The notes under the pieces were generated by a model. The model was given only the letters and a program-made list of their open reading frames with translations, was not told the origin of the DNA and searched no databases. The position numbers and the translations under genes are program-made. A stretch of DNA of 64,000 nt, from assembly GCA_965240465.1 (NCBI GenBank), contig OZ251219.1:1152001-1216000 (forward strand), in the 5' to 3' direction. Shown in pieces: positions 1-11,161 of the stretch (its first letter is position 1; every line of letters starts with the position of its first letter). The DNA comes from a bacterium. GTDB taxonomy: Bacteria; SAR324; JACQKK01.

Positions 1-250
1 TATAACTGGACGCAAGTTACGTCACTTGGGGAAATCTCATCAAGTGCTTTGTGTTACCCATTTACCTCAGATAGCAGCCCAAGGCGATAGTCACTTCTTG
101 GTGGAGAAATATGTGGAAAACGAACAAACTTTTTCTTCGGTACGCAATTTATCACCAGAAGAAAAGGTACAAGAGATTGCCCGATTACTCAGCGGAATGG
201 ATATTACCAAAAGCTCACAAGAGTCCGCCAAAGAAATGATTGGTGGTTAG
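1..250 (+). CDS. recN: DNA repair protein RecN, C-terminal fragment (truncated by window start)
   Basis: QVLCVTHLPQIAA...HFLVEK...EIARLLSG is the RecN C-terminal motif. Confidence 0.9.
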   Translation, partial: ITGRKLRHLGKSHQVLCVTHLPQIAAQGDSHFLVEKYVENEQTFSSVRNLSPEEKVQEIARLLSGMDITKSSQESAKEMIGG

Positions 251-354
251 TGTCTATAGTGTCGCAGAGAGAAAAAATGGACAAGCCACCCTGTTACCAT
301 TTATTAATTGCGTTAGGTGTCAGTTTAAGGCTTTATGTGTAAAGGAGCAAAAGC

Positions 355-1200
355 ATGAAAGGAGTAATACTAGCGGCAGGATATGGCACTCGTTTTTTGC
401 CAGCCTCTAAAACTATTCCTAAAGAGATGTTCCCTCTGCTGGACAAGCCAGCCATCTCTTTTATTGTAGATGAATTTATCCAAGCGGGGATTGATAAATT
501 TATTGTGGTGAGTTCTCGTCGCAAGAAAGTGTTAAATGACTATTTTGACAGGGATATTGAACTTGAGCAGTTTTTGAGCGGGGAAAAACGCAAGAAGATA
601 CTACCGCCTCAGATAGAGGTGACCTTTTTGTATCAAAGGCAGATGCTGGGGGCTGGCGACGCTCTGATGATGCTTGAACCATGGATAAATGATGAACCTT
701 TTGTGGTAGCCTATCCAGACGATATTCATGTGGGGGTTTCGCCTTTGAGTTCTCAGTTAATGGCGATGTATCAGCGGACTAATCGTAGTGTGTTGGCTTT
801 GCAGGAGACCGAGGGAGATATTTCTCGCTATGGGGTGGCTGCGGTGCGTTCTTGTGAGGGGATGGAGCTGGTGACTGAGTTGGTGGAAAAACCTGAGCCC
901 GGTTCAGAGCCTAGTCGTTTGGTAAGCTATGGACGATATTTGTTCACTCCAGATATTTTCACAGCTTTGCATCAAGCGCGAGAATATTATAGCGGGGCGG
1001 GGGAGTTTATTCAGGATCAAGCCCTGCAACATTTGATAACTGAGGGCAAAATAGCGGCGGTGCGTTTTGAGGGTCGGATATTGGATGTAGGTACTCCGCT
1101 GGGTTATTTGCAGGCGTCGGTGGAGTATGCTTTAAGTCGCCAAGAGTATCGGGAGCAGTTGCTGGCTTTTTTGAAAGAGGTGTCTGCTAGTCATCAATAA
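355..1200 (+). CDS. galU: UTP--glucose-1-phosphate uridylyltransferase
   Basis: GVILAAGYGTRFLPASKTIPKEMFPLLDKP, VEKP, GRYLFTP; SD AAGGAG upstream. Confidence 0.88.
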   Translation: MKGVILAAGYGTRFLPASKTIPKEMFPLLDKPAISFIVDEFIQAGIDKFIVVSSRRKKVLNDYFDRDIELEQFLSGEKRKKILPPQIEVTFLYQRQMLGAGDALMMLEPWINDEPFVVAYPDDIHVGVSPLSSQLMAMYQRTNRSVLALQETEGDISRYGVAAVRSCEGMELVTELVEKPEPGSEPSRLVSYGRYLFTPDIFTALHQAREYYSGAGEFIQDQALQHLITEGKIAAVRFEGRILDVGTPLGYLQASVEYALSRQEYREQLLAFLKEVSASHQ

Positions 1201-1272
1201 AGTTGAGGTAGCTGGGAATCTGGGTGGGGGTGATTTTTAGCAGAGAATGTTTTTAGGGGGTGGATATAATGA

Positions 1273-2604
<1,332 letters not shown>

Positions 2605-2614
2605 TGAGGCTAGA

Positions 2615-3186
2615 ATTGTCAATATGCGTTATGAATCTGCATTGTCAATATTCGTTATAAATCTGCATTGTGAATCTGCGTTGTCAATATGCGTTATGAA
2701 TCTGCATTGTCAATATGCGTTATGAATCTGCATTGTGAATCTGCATTGTCAATATTCGTTATGAACCTGCATTGTCAATATGTGTTATAAATCTGCATTG
2801 TCAATATTCGTTATGAACCTGCATTGTCAATATGTGTTATAAATCTGCATTGTCAATATGCGTTATGAATCTGCATTGTGAATCTGCATTGTCAATATTC
2901 GTTATGAACCTGCATTGTCAATATGTGTTATAAATCTGCATTGTCAATATTCGTTATGAACCTGCATTGTCAATATGTGTTATAAATCTGCATTGTCAAT
3001 ATTCGTTATGAATCTGCATTGTGAATCTGCATTGTGAATCTGCATTGTGAATCTGCATTGTGAATCTGCATTGTGAATCTGCATTGTGAATCTGCATTGT
3101 GAATCTGCATTGTGAATCTGCATTGTGAATCTGCATTGTGAATCTGCGTTATGAACCTGCATTGTCAATATTCGTTATGAATCTGC
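2615..3186. repeat. 13-bp minisatellite, 44 units, with higher-order 26/52-bp periodicity
   Basis: Contiguous variants ATTGTCAATAT(G/T)(C/T), GTTAT(G/A)AA(T/C)CTGC and ATTGTGAATCTGC; 572 bp = 44 x 13. Confidence 0.97.
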
Positions 3187-3187
3187 C

Positions 3188-4045
3188 ATGGACAAAAATC
3201 TCAGCCACATTTCCGACTCTGAGTGGAGGCATCAGCTGGCTATTTGGCTGGAAAATCTACAGCAGGCAGGGATGAAACACTTAAGTGGAATTCATCTTCC
3301 CCAGTCGCTGGCTACCATGAGCAAGCCTAAAGAGAAAATAGCTACGGAGGTTGCCTCGGTAGCACTGGAATCACTGCGGAGTGGCTCTAGTTTGGCTATC
3401 AAGAATTCTTCCTCTGCACCTGATAAGACTCCTGAAATTGAGGCAGATAATTTCATCTTAGACACTGGCGATAGCACCCTAGTGGCTGGAAGAGCTACAA
3501 CCATAGAGGACTTACACACCGCTTTTTCTGCTTGTACTCGTTGTCGCTTGGCACAAGGTAGGCATCAGTTGGTGTTTGGGGTGGGCAACCCTAATCCCCG
3601 CATTGTATTTATCGGGGAGGGTCCTGGTGCTGATGAAGATCAACAAGGCGAGCCATTTGTCGGTCCGGCGGGAAGATTACTCTCAGGGCTCATTTATGCT
3701 TTGGGGTTGGTCCGCGAGGATGTGTATATAACCAATGTGGTGAAATGCCGTCCGCCTTCAAATCGCAACCCTGCCGATGACGAAATAGCCGCTTGTCTGC
3801 CGATCCTCAAGCGACAGCTACAGCTACTCAACCCAAGATTGATTGTCGCCTTAGGAGCGGTGGCTTTCAAGGCACTTTTCCCTAATGCTGCAGGAATTAC
3901 TCGTGCCAGAGGCAAGCTCACTAAATTTGAACAATGGCCGCTACTGCCTACCTACCATCCTTCTTATTTGCTGCGTAAGCCATCGGCACTTGATGAGTGT
4001 TGGCAAGACTTTAGAGCAGCTTTTCAGCATACATACGGTAATTAG
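3188..4045 (+). CDS. Uracil-DNA glycosylase family 4 (Fe-S) with N-terminal extension
   Basis: CTRCRL, IGEGPG..ED..GEPFVG, TNVVKCRPP.NRNP, TYHPSYLLR. Confidence 0.95.
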   Translation: MDKNLSHISDSEWRHQLAIWLENLQQAGMKHLSGIHLPQSLATMSKPKEKIATEVASVALESLRSGSSLAIKNSSSAPDKTPEIEADNFILDTGDSTLVAGRATTIEDLHTAFSACTRCRLAQGRHQLVFGVGNPNPRIVFIGEGPGADEDQQGEPFVGPAGRLLSGLIYALGLVREDVYITNVVKCRPPSNRNPADDEIAACLPILKRQLQLLNPRLIVALGAVAFKALFPNAAGITRARGKLTKFEQWPLLPTYHPSYLLRKPSALDECWQDFRAAFQHTYGN

Positions 4046-4081
4046 TAGTCGTGCTTTTGGAGGGGGGCTACCGCATTATCT

Positions 4082-4336
4082 TTATGCTATGGAAAGTATT
4101 TTTCTGGGGCCATTACTCGGTGAAGGTGGTTTGTCTTTAAGCCAGTTTTTCCATTCCAGCTTGGTCATGCTGATGAATGCTGGGGGCATGTCACCACGGG
4201 AGAAGCCCAGTTCAAGTTTAATTTGTCCAGCCCGACGAATTCCCCAAAACAGCTGATGATTATTAACAGCAAATGATGGAATCCGAACCGCCCGTGAGGA
4301 ACGCTGGAAACGGTGCTGTGAGAATAACTCGCTCAT
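4082..4336 (-). CDS. Small hypothetical protein
   Basis: ATG-started 84-aa ORF fills the gap downstream of prs on the same strand; no recognised motif. Confidence 0.4.
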   Translation of the reverse strand: MSELFSQHRFQRSSRAVRIPSFAVNNHQLFWGIRRAGQIKLELGFSRGDMPPAFISMTKLEWKNWLKDKPPSPSNGPRKILSIA

Positions 4337-4370
4337 GCCATGCTAAGAGCAAGAATTACACCATTTGAGT

Positions 4371-5657
4371 TTAAGGCTTATTTTTGGCTGCAATGTTTTT
4401 TGCTGCAATGTTTTTTGCTGCAATGTTTTTGGCAGACAATGAAAAAGACATCTGTCCACGCCTTAGTTGTCCGTGGCGTTCATTTCGGGAGGAGTAATCA
4501 AGTTTATAGAATTCGCCTGCCGCAGAGGCAGCTAGTGGGCTGTAATAAAGTTCTTTAGAAGGAATTCCATCTTCCAGACAGCGATGCAGGGCATCAGCGA
4601 TCCAGGCTTCTATTTTCATGACCACCATTTTTTTTCTAAGTCTGCCTTGGTCATCCCGATTAAGCACGTTGGGCAGAGTGTTGGTGGTAATGAATTCGGT
4701 TAGGTAGGGAGAGGATAGGGTTTCTCTTCCTTCTGCGGAGATGTAGGTGTGGGTACAATAAAAGAATATTTTATTTGGACGGGTATCAGGATTTTCTACC
4801 AGCAATTTAATAGCTTTGTTAATGGTGCCTCCAGTGCGTACCATATCGTCTAGGATTACAACATTGCGGTTTTTTAATTGGCAGAGGTCTTTGATGGGGG
4901 TCATGGTTACGCGTCGCTGCCCGAGGCGTTTTTTTTCCAGCACTACCAGTTTGGAATTTTCCAGATTAGTTAATTCCTTAACCCGAGCAACGAATTTTTC
5001 TGCTCCTTGGTCAGGAGCTAGAAAAACCAGTTCTTCTCCTGTTTTGCTGTTAGATACGTTGTTTAAGATAAAGTGAGCTACCAAAGTAGAGACATCCAGA
5101 TTGATAAAGGCGGGTTGCGGCCGATTATTTTGATAGACATCGTGGTAGATTTCTCGCAGGACGGAGGGTTTGTGATTATGCACGGTGACTACTTGGTCTA
5201 CCCCGCTGATGTGTAGCATTTCTGCATATAATTTGGAGCTAAATGGTTGCCCATCAAACTTTTTTTGGTCAGCAGGTAAGAGCATTTGGGGGTGGTCGGT
5301 GGAGTGCGGACCGCGATCTTGGGCTGAGAAGAATAAATCTGGTTCTACCAGTACCACTTGGGAGGCTCCGTTTTCTTTGGCTGCCCGTGCCAGCAATAGA
5401 TTACGCATGGCCAGTTCTACCCGCGAATGATGAGGAGCAGAGGTAGAAATAATGTAGACTCGTAGCCCATTCAAGCCATTGCCGATGTTTTTCATATCCT
5501 TTTCGTCCACCAGAAAACGAGGACAGAATTCCGTGTTAGCAAAATTTTTAAGAGATATGAGGTCCGAGATTTCAATCTTCTGGTGGTAGTGATAAGCCAC
5601 ATCCAGCCCAAAGGAGGAATCCGTCCAGCTGCTGACAATAATGCTAGGGTGCGTCAT
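4371..5657 (-). CDS. prs: Divergent ribose-phosphate pyrophosphokinase-family protein
   Basis: NTEFCP, AAKENGA, FSAQDR, APDQGA, EKKR, VILDDMVRTGGT PRPP-binding loop, CTH, TTNTLP. Confidence 0.75.
   Translation of the reverse strand: MTHPSIIVSSWTDSSFGLDVAYHYHQKIEISDLISLKNFANTEFCPRFLVDEKDMKNIGNGLNGLRVYIISTSAPHHSRVELAMRNLLLARAAKENGASQVVLVEPDLFFSAQDRGPHSTDHPQMLLPADQKKFDGQPFSSKLYAEMLHISGVDQVVTVHNHKPSVLREIYHDVYQNNRPQPAFINLDVSTLVAHFILNNVSNSKTGEELVFLAPDQGAEKFVARVKELTNLENSKLVVLEKKRLGQRRVTMTPIKDLCQLKNRNVVILDDMVRTGGTINKAIKLLVENPDTRPNKIFFYCTHTYISAEGRETLSSPYLTEFITTNTLPNVLNRDDQGRLRKKMVVMKIEAWIADALHRCLEDGIPSKELYYSPLAASAAGEFYKLDYSSRNERHGQLRRGQMSFSLSAKNIAAKNIAAKNIAAKNKP
4381..4432. repeat. 15-bp tandem repeat (~3.5x) encoding KNIAA at the Prs C-terminus
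   Basis: TTTTTGCTGCAATGT repeated. Confidence 0.85.
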
Positions 5658-5715
5658 GCTTGGGTTTAGGCGATAAACATGGAAACGAACTACATTAAGA
5701 TGGATTGCATCTTTC

Positions 5716-6255
5716 CTAAACCAGGGAGGAGAGATGATGTTTTTTGTGAGCGGCCGCAGATTTTTCGGCTTGACGGCTACGATAATTTTTTAGAGCCTCG
5801 GTAAGCAAAGGGTTTTCTACCGCGATGATAGCTGCTGCGAGCAAGGCAGAGTTAATGGCAGCATCCAGCCCGACACAAGCCACGGGAATCCCAGGAGGCA
5901 TCTGGGCGACCGAGAGTAAGGCATCCAGCCCCCCAACCTGCCCAGCATTGATAGGCAGTCCAATGACGGGTAACACGGTTTGGGAAGCCACCACCCCTGG
6001 CAGAGCTGCCGATAATCCCGCGGCTGCGATAAACACCTTTGCCCCTCTTTGTTGACAGGCAACGATAAATTTTTCAACTCGTTTAGGGGTGCGATGTGCA
6101 GAAGCTACGGCTACTTGATGGGAGATTCCCAATTCATCTAAAACAGCCACCGCTTTTTCTACTATCATCAAATCGGATGCACTCCCTAAAACAATCCCCA
6201 CTTGCACCGCCGATGGCGGTGCAGAAGCGACAACATCTTTAGTATTAGAAGCCAT
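5716..6255 (-). CDS. purE: N5-carboxyaminoimidazole ribonucleotide mutase
   Basis: GSASD, SAHRTP, AAAGLSAALPG, GLDALLSVAQMPPGIPVA. Confidence 0.97.
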   Translation of the reverse strand: MASNTKDVVASAPPSAVQVGIVLGSASDLMIVEKAVAVLDELGISHQVAVASAHRTPKRVEKFIVACQQRGAKVFIAAAGLSAALPGVVASQTVLPVIGLPINAGQVGGLDALLSVAQMPPGIPVACVGLDAAINSALLAAAIIAVENPLLTEALKNYRSRQAEKSAAAHKKHHLSSLV

Positions 6256-7587
6256 TCAGAATCTTGCTAGAGCTTTCTGAGCGATGTCAGTACGGTAATG
6301 GGCACCTTGCCAATGGATGCTCTTAAGGCTATCATAGGATAAATCTACGGCTTTCTCCAATGTTTCTGCTTGGGCACATATTCCCAATACTCGTCCCCCA
6401 TTTGTCTGCCACTGAGTAGTATTGTTATCAGCAGTTTGGTTCTTTGAACAAGCGGTACCCGCATGGAATATCTTAGTGCGTTCATGCTTATTCGCCTGAG
6501 TAGTGCTAGCTCGCGATCGCAGGCTTTGACCTTGAGCATCAAGCCCTGAGATAGCTAAACCAGTTTTATATTTTCCCGGATAACCTTCACTACTCATCAC
6601 TACACAGGTAGCAGATCCTGGATGCCATAGTGGTTTTATTTCCTGCAACTTTCCCGTAGCTGAGGCATGTAGCAATTCCAGCAAATCGCTTTTCAGGAGT
6701 AACATCAAGGGCTGACATTCTGGGTCTCCAAATCTGCAATTATACTCCACCACAAATGGAAGATCCCGATAAAACATCAGCCCCACATAAAGCACCCCCC
6801 GATAATCAATCCCTTCTGCTTGTAGTCCTGCCATAGTAGGGCGAACGATGGTCTCTAGAATTTGTTGTTCTCGTGACTGGGTTATCAGCGGTGCGGGGGC
6901 ATAAGCACCCATGCCACCTGTATTGAGTCCCTGATCGCCATCAAACACGGGTTTATGGTCTTGGGCCACTGGTGAAAGCGAGTAATGCTTGCCATCGGTG
7001 AAAACAAAACAGGAGGCTTCTTCGCCAGCCAAAAATTCCTCTAGCAGTACCCGATTTCCTGCCTCGCCAAACCGACCACCTAAAATTTCTGCCAGCATGT
7101 AGCGGGCATCTGCCAAGTTATGATGAATACTTACCCCCTTGCCAGCTGTCAGTCCATCAGCCTTTAGAACATAAGGAGGACGCATTTGTTGCAGAAATTG
7201 CTCGGCATTTTCCAGCTGGGTGAAGGATTTCCCCTGTGCGGTAGGAATGGAGTGCCTTTGCATAAATGACTTAGCAAACCATTTACTACCCTCCAGCCTA
7301 GCAGCGTCAGCATTGGGACCAAACACCAAAATACCTTCTGCCCGAAGGACATCTGCTAATCCTGTCACCAAGGGTTTTTCGGGACCTATTACCACCAAAT
7401 CAATCCCTTTTTGCTTAGCAAATCTAACTTGCTCCCGAGAATTGGTTAACTCAACAATCTCAACCCCCTCACTCTGGATTGCATCACTACCGGGAGAGGC
7501 ATATAATTTCTCCAAACGAGCACTCTGACACAGCTTCCATGCCAATGCATGCTCGCGCCCTCCGCTTCCAATTAACAAAACCTTCAC
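6256..7587 (-). CDS. purD: Phosphoribosylamine--glycine ligase
   Basis: GSGGREHALAW, LEGSKWFAK, KADGL..GKGV, NTGGMGAY, EYNCRFGDPE. Confidence 0.98.
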   Translation of the reverse strand: MKVLLIGSGGREHALAWKLCQSARLEKLYASPGSDAIQSEGVEIVELTNSREQVRFAKQKGIDLVVIGPEKPLVTGLADVLRAEGILVFGPNADAARLEGSKWFAKSFMQRHSIPTAQGKSFTQLENAEQFLQQMRPPYVLKADGLTAGKGVSIHHNLADARYMLAEILGGRFGEAGNRVLLEEFLAGEEASCFVFTDGKHYSLSPVAQDHKPVFDGDQGLNTGGMGAYAPAPLITQSREQQILETIVRPTMAGLQAEGIDYRGVLYVGLMFYRDLPFVVEYNCRFGDPECQPLMLLLKSDLLELLHASATGKLQEIKPLWHPGSATCVVMSSEGYPGKYKTGLAISGLDAQGQSLRSRASTTQANKHERTKIFHAGTACSKNQTADNNTTQWQTNGGRVLGICAQAETLEKAVDLSYDSLKSIHWQGAHYRTDIAQKALARF

Positions 7588-7603
7588 TTGAAAATCTCGT
7601 CCC

Positions 7604-8206
7604 TTAAAACTGAAATGGCTCTACATCCTGCCTAGGCTGCCAAAGCACCTCTTTTGCTGCCGTTTGCTGAGAACACCAGCGCGCTAACACAAATAGCCAG
7701 TCAGACAAGCGATTCAAATACATCAATGCCAGCGATTTCCGCCCTCTGGACTTGGATTCTCTCTCCCAGCGAACGCAAAGGCGTTCTGCTCTCCGACATA
7801 TAGTGCGTGCCTGATGCAACTGAGATCCCAACCTTCCTCCTCCCGGTAGAACAAAGCTCTTCAAGGTGGGAAGTCTCTTATTCATGGTATCAATGGCATT
7901 CTCCAGCCAAAGGATGTCTTTCTCTTCCAGAGCGGTAGTACACGGCTCAGATATCGGAGTAGCCAACTCTGCACCTAAGTCAAATAATCTCTGTTGAACG
8001 GGTAACAAGGCAAGTCTCAACGCCCGCGATGATCCATTGCCATCGGGTACTGAAAGCGATATAACTAAGCCCAAGCTGCTATTCAGCTCATCTATTGTGC
8101 CACAGCACTCCAGCTGCAAATCATCTTTAGCTACCCTCTTTCCTCCCACCAGACTGGTGTAGCCACCATCCCCGCTCCTAGTATAAACCCTGTTTATGAC
8201 AACCAT
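7604..8206 (-). CDS. pduO: ATP:cob(I)alamin adenosyltransferase, PduO type
   Basis: VYTRSGDGGYT, GTIDELNS, FVLPGG, ARTICRRAER, YLNRLSDWLF. Confidence 0.93.
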   Translation of the reverse strand: MVVINRVYTRSGDGGYTSLVGGKRVAKDDLQLECCGTIDELNSSLGLVISLSVPDGNGSSRALRLALLPVQQRLFDLGAELATPISEPCTTALEEKDILWLENAIDTMNKRLPTLKSFVLPGGGRLGSQLHQARTICRRAERLCVRWERESKSRGRKSLALMYLNRLSDWLFVLARWCSQQTAAKEVLWQPRQDVEPFQF

Positions 8207-8245
8207 TAGTTTTTATTTCAAAAACTTCCCCCTGTTAATACTCGC

Positions 8246-9037
8246 TTATCCTTTGGATTTTAACCTCAGACGCAATATCCACAGTAGCCAAGTCACTCCC
8301 AATAGCAACATCGGGATGCTCAACAGCATTCCCATGGTCAGTGGCCCCCAAAGATAACCTAATTGCGGGTCTGGTATGCGAATAAATTCTATCCCGATCC
8401 GTACTGCTCCATAGCCTGCGAAGAAAGAAGCGGATACTACTCCTCGGGGGGGATTTTTGCGTGCCAGCAAAAATAGCAACAGAAATAGAAACACTCCTTC
8501 CAGCAAGGATTCGTACAGCTGGGTGGGATGACGAGGTAGCTGCAAAGAGTCTGACTTAAATATAACGCCCCATTCTCTATTGGTAGGTATTCCATATAGC
8601 TCTCCATTTATGAAGTTGCCTATCCTACCCAGAAACAACCCAACTGGTAACCAAGGAATAAAGAAATCACCGACTGATACAAAGTCTAATTTTTTTCGCC
8701 AGACAAATAATAATAAAGCTGTAATTACCCCTAATAGTCCGCCATGAAATGACATCCCTCCCTGCCATATTTTTAGCACCTGCAAAGGATCTCGCCACAG
8801 AATGCCTTCGCCATAAAACAGAGTCCAACCAATCCGCCCTCCTAGTAACACCCCAAGAATCAAGTACAGCATAAACGCATAGGAGTCATCTTTGCTGAGG
8901 TACCCTCCGTGACTAGATTTCCACTGCACCCAAATATGAAAACCCACAAATGAGATCGCATACATAAGCCCGTACCACATAACGCGGAAGATACCTATCT
9001 GAAATATTATGGGATCTAGGTCGTGGGTATAAATCAT
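8246..9037 (-). CDS. lgt: Prolipoprotein diacylglyceryl transferase
   Basis: WYGLMY, GGRIG, GGMSFHGG, GRIGNFINGELYG, RHPTQLYE, EFIRIPD. Confidence 0.97.
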   Translation of the reverse strand: MIYTHDLDPIIFQIGIFRVMWYGLMYAISFVGFHIWVQWKSSHGGYLSKDDSYAFMLYLILGVLLGGRIGWTLFYGEGILWRDPLQVLKIWQGGMSFHGGLLGVITALLLFVWRKKLDFVSVGDFFIPWLPVGLFLGRIGNFINGELYGIPTNREWGVIFKSDSLQLPRHPTQLYESLLEGVFLFLLLFLLARKNPPRGVVSASFFAGYGAVRIGIEFIRIPDPQLGYLWGPLTMGMLLSIPMLLLGVTWLLWILRLRLKSKG

Positions 9038-9234
9038 TATTGTACTTTGAAGAACATTCGGCAGCCTATTGTCAGGCGATTCCTAGCTAGTCTTTATTAT
9101 GTATACAGGCAGTCTTAGATTGCAAAACACAAATGGTGAAACACAAATGGTGATATTTAGCATTCCCATTTATGGAGGGGTTGAAAAAATACTTTCTCCC
9201 TCTTAATATAATAGTTATACAATGACATTATCAA

Positions 9235-9747
9235 TTGGGCATTATAAATTTACTGTTATTGGATTTTTTGCACTTTAGCCGCGGTTTCGCCATTATTACT
9301 CCAGACTACAATCATGCTGAGGATTACTCCGATACCGAATCAAGCAGTGCCGAGGGTAGTGCCGAGGGTAGTGCCGAGGGTAGTGCCGAGGGTAGTGAAG
9401 GTGCCGAGGCAAGTACTGACACCTCAGACGGTTTGCCTCTTTTTAGTCATGACATTCAGCTAGCAAGCAAGAATTTTACTATTTCCAGTAGCCGCAATGA
9501 AATTCACATTCGCAAGGTGGAAAGTTTAGTAGCTAGGGTTCATGCTCAGGTTACTGAGAAGCTAGGACGAGCATCATCTCTAAATGTAGCGTTGTTAACG
9601 GCTCTCAATTTGGCGGATCAGTTGATTGCCCTGCAGGAGTGCATCCAGCAACAAGACAGCAAAGAAAAGCTGACCATGCTGATGCAAGAATTGGACGAGG
9701 TGCTTAATTTGGAAGGTTCTACCTGGTCCAACGCAGATAGGTCTTAA
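9235..9747 (+). CDS. zapA: Cell division protein ZapA-like with acidic repeat-containing N-terminus (start uncertain)
   Basis: IQLASKNFTI...HIRKVESLV...VALLTALNLADQL followed by coiled coil. Confidence 0.65.
   Translation: MGIINLLLLDFLHFSRGFAIITPDYNHAEDYSDTESSSAEGSAEGSAEGSAEGSEGAEASTDTSDGLPLFSHDIQLASKNFTISSSRNEIHIRKVESLVARVHAQVTEKLGRASSLNVALLTALNLADQLIALQECIQQQDSKEKLTMLMQELDEVLNLEGSTWSNADRS
9346..9396. repeat. 12-bp in-frame repeat (SAEG x4) in zapA
   Basis: AGTGCCGAGGGT repeated. Confidence 0.9.
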
Positions 9748-11161
9748 ATATTCTTGCCATCCTAGGAGTGAAAGAGTATTTGCGATTAGCATCTGCTGCT
9801 TGACGGCAAATTTCCGCCAGGGTGGGATAAGGATGGATGGTATTACTGATGGTGCTAAGTGGCAGCTGATGCTGGATGACCAGGGTCAGTTGAGAGATTA
9901 TTTCTCCTGCGTGAGGCGAGATAAGATAAGCTCCCAGCAGAGTGTTTTTCTTAGTATTGACGATCAGTTTCAAGAAACCATTGGTGCTACCGTCTGTGAT
10001 GGCCCGGTCAATTTTGCTAAGAGGCAGTTTGACAACCCGATAAGGAAGGTTTTGTTGTTGTGTTTGGGTTTCGCTGAGGCCAGCGTGAGCGATTTCGGGA
10101 TCGGTGAAGATACACCATGGAACGGCGTGGTATTGGATTTTGCTTTTAACGGGTAGCAGGGCATTTTGAATGATAGTGCGTGCTTGCTGCCCTGCCATGT
10201 GGGTAAAGAGGTAAGGACCGGAGGCATCACCGCAAGCGAAAATGTTTTTTAGATTGGTTTGCATACGCTGATTTACGGTAATAAATCCTTGCTGAGTTTT
10301 AATTCCCAGTTCCTTTAGCCCAATATTTTCGGTGTTGGGTTTTCTCCCAGCGGCGACTAGGATTTTGTCAACCACGAGCGATTGTGGCTGCTGGTTATGG
10401 GGTTCAAGTTGAACAGACAGACGCTGACCTTGTTTTTGGACTGAGGTGACTGTGGTATTGGTGTAGATATTCAGCCCTTCTCCTTGGAGAGTTGTTTGAA
10501 GCGATTCGGATACATCGGGATCTTCGCGGCTTAGCAAGCGGGGCGAAGATCCTGCCAGATATACTTGGCTGCCAAGACGAGCGAGACTCTGCCCTAACTC
10601 AACCCCAATAGCCCCTCCGCCAATAACTAGAATAGTAGCAGGCTGGGTAGGATGGTAAAAAATGCTCTCATTAGTCAAAAAATCACTACCTGCCAAACCG
10701 GGAATATCGGGTATGGCTGGCTGACTGCCAGTTGAGATCAAGACGGATTTAGCTTTCAGGGTGATGGGTTCTTTATCGGGTGCGGTGACGGTCACCTGAT
10801 TAGGAGCGGTCAGTTTTCCTTGCCCTAGGAAGACATTCACCCCTAGCGATTGAAAGCGTTCCACAGAATCGTGCGGGGCGATGGTATCAACGGCATGCTG
10901 GACGTGCTGGATGACTTGTTTCCAGCTAATTTTTGGTTCTGCAGGAGGAAGCCCAAAACCTCCTTTGCGGGTAAGGTGGGCTTGTTTTGCACAGCGGATG
11001 AAGGCTTTTGAAGGAACACAGCCATAATTCAAGCAATCTCCGCCCATTTTATGTGCTTCTACTAGGGCTACTCGGGCACCTAGCCCAGCTGCTCCCGCAG
11101 CAGCTAATAAGCCTCCCGAGCCTCCGCCAATGATGATGATATTATAAGCAGATTTAATCAT
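9719..11161 (-). CDS. Pyridine nucleotide-disulfide oxidoreductase (LpdA/MerA-like class I)
   Basis: GGGSGG, GGDCLNYGCVPSK redox CxxxxC, GGGAIGVE, HPYPTLAE; no C-terminal Cys-Cys. Confidence 0.9.
   Translation of the reverse strand: MIKSAYNIIIIGGGSGGLLAAAGAAGLGARVALVEAHKMGGDCLNYGCVPSKAFIRCAKQAHLTRKGGFGLPPAEPKISWKQVIQHVQHAVDTIAPHDSVERFQSLGVNVFLGQGKLTAPNQVTVTAPDKEPITLKAKSVLISTGSQPAIPDIPGLAGSDFLTNESIFYHPTQPATILVIGGGAIGVELGQSLARLGSQVYLAGSSPRLLSREDPDVSESLQTTLQGEGLNIYTNTTVTSVQKQGQRLSVQLEPHNQQPQSLVVDKILVAAGRKPNTENIGLKELGIKTQQGFITVNQRMQTNLKNIFACGDASGPYLFTHMAGQQARTIIQNALLPVKSKIQYHAVPWCIFTDPEIAHAGLSETQTQQQNLPYRVVKLPLSKIDRAITDGSTNGFLKLIVNTKKNTLLGAYLISPHAGEIISQLTLVIQHQLPLSTISNTIHPYPTLAEICRQAADANRKYSFTPRMARIFKTYLRWTR

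Noticed and set aside
2980-3168. Repeat-derived ORFs (also 38638-38940, 42733-42915, 28138-28344)
   Set aside because: Translations of tandem arrays with no independent coding evidence
2615-3186. CRISPR array (also considered for 19070-19182, 26765-26910 and 38761-38930)
   Set aside because: Units are contiguous with no unique spacers, and there are no cas genes in the window
9719-11161. Mercuric reductase merA
   Set aside because: Lacks the C-terminal Cys-Cys pair and mer operon context
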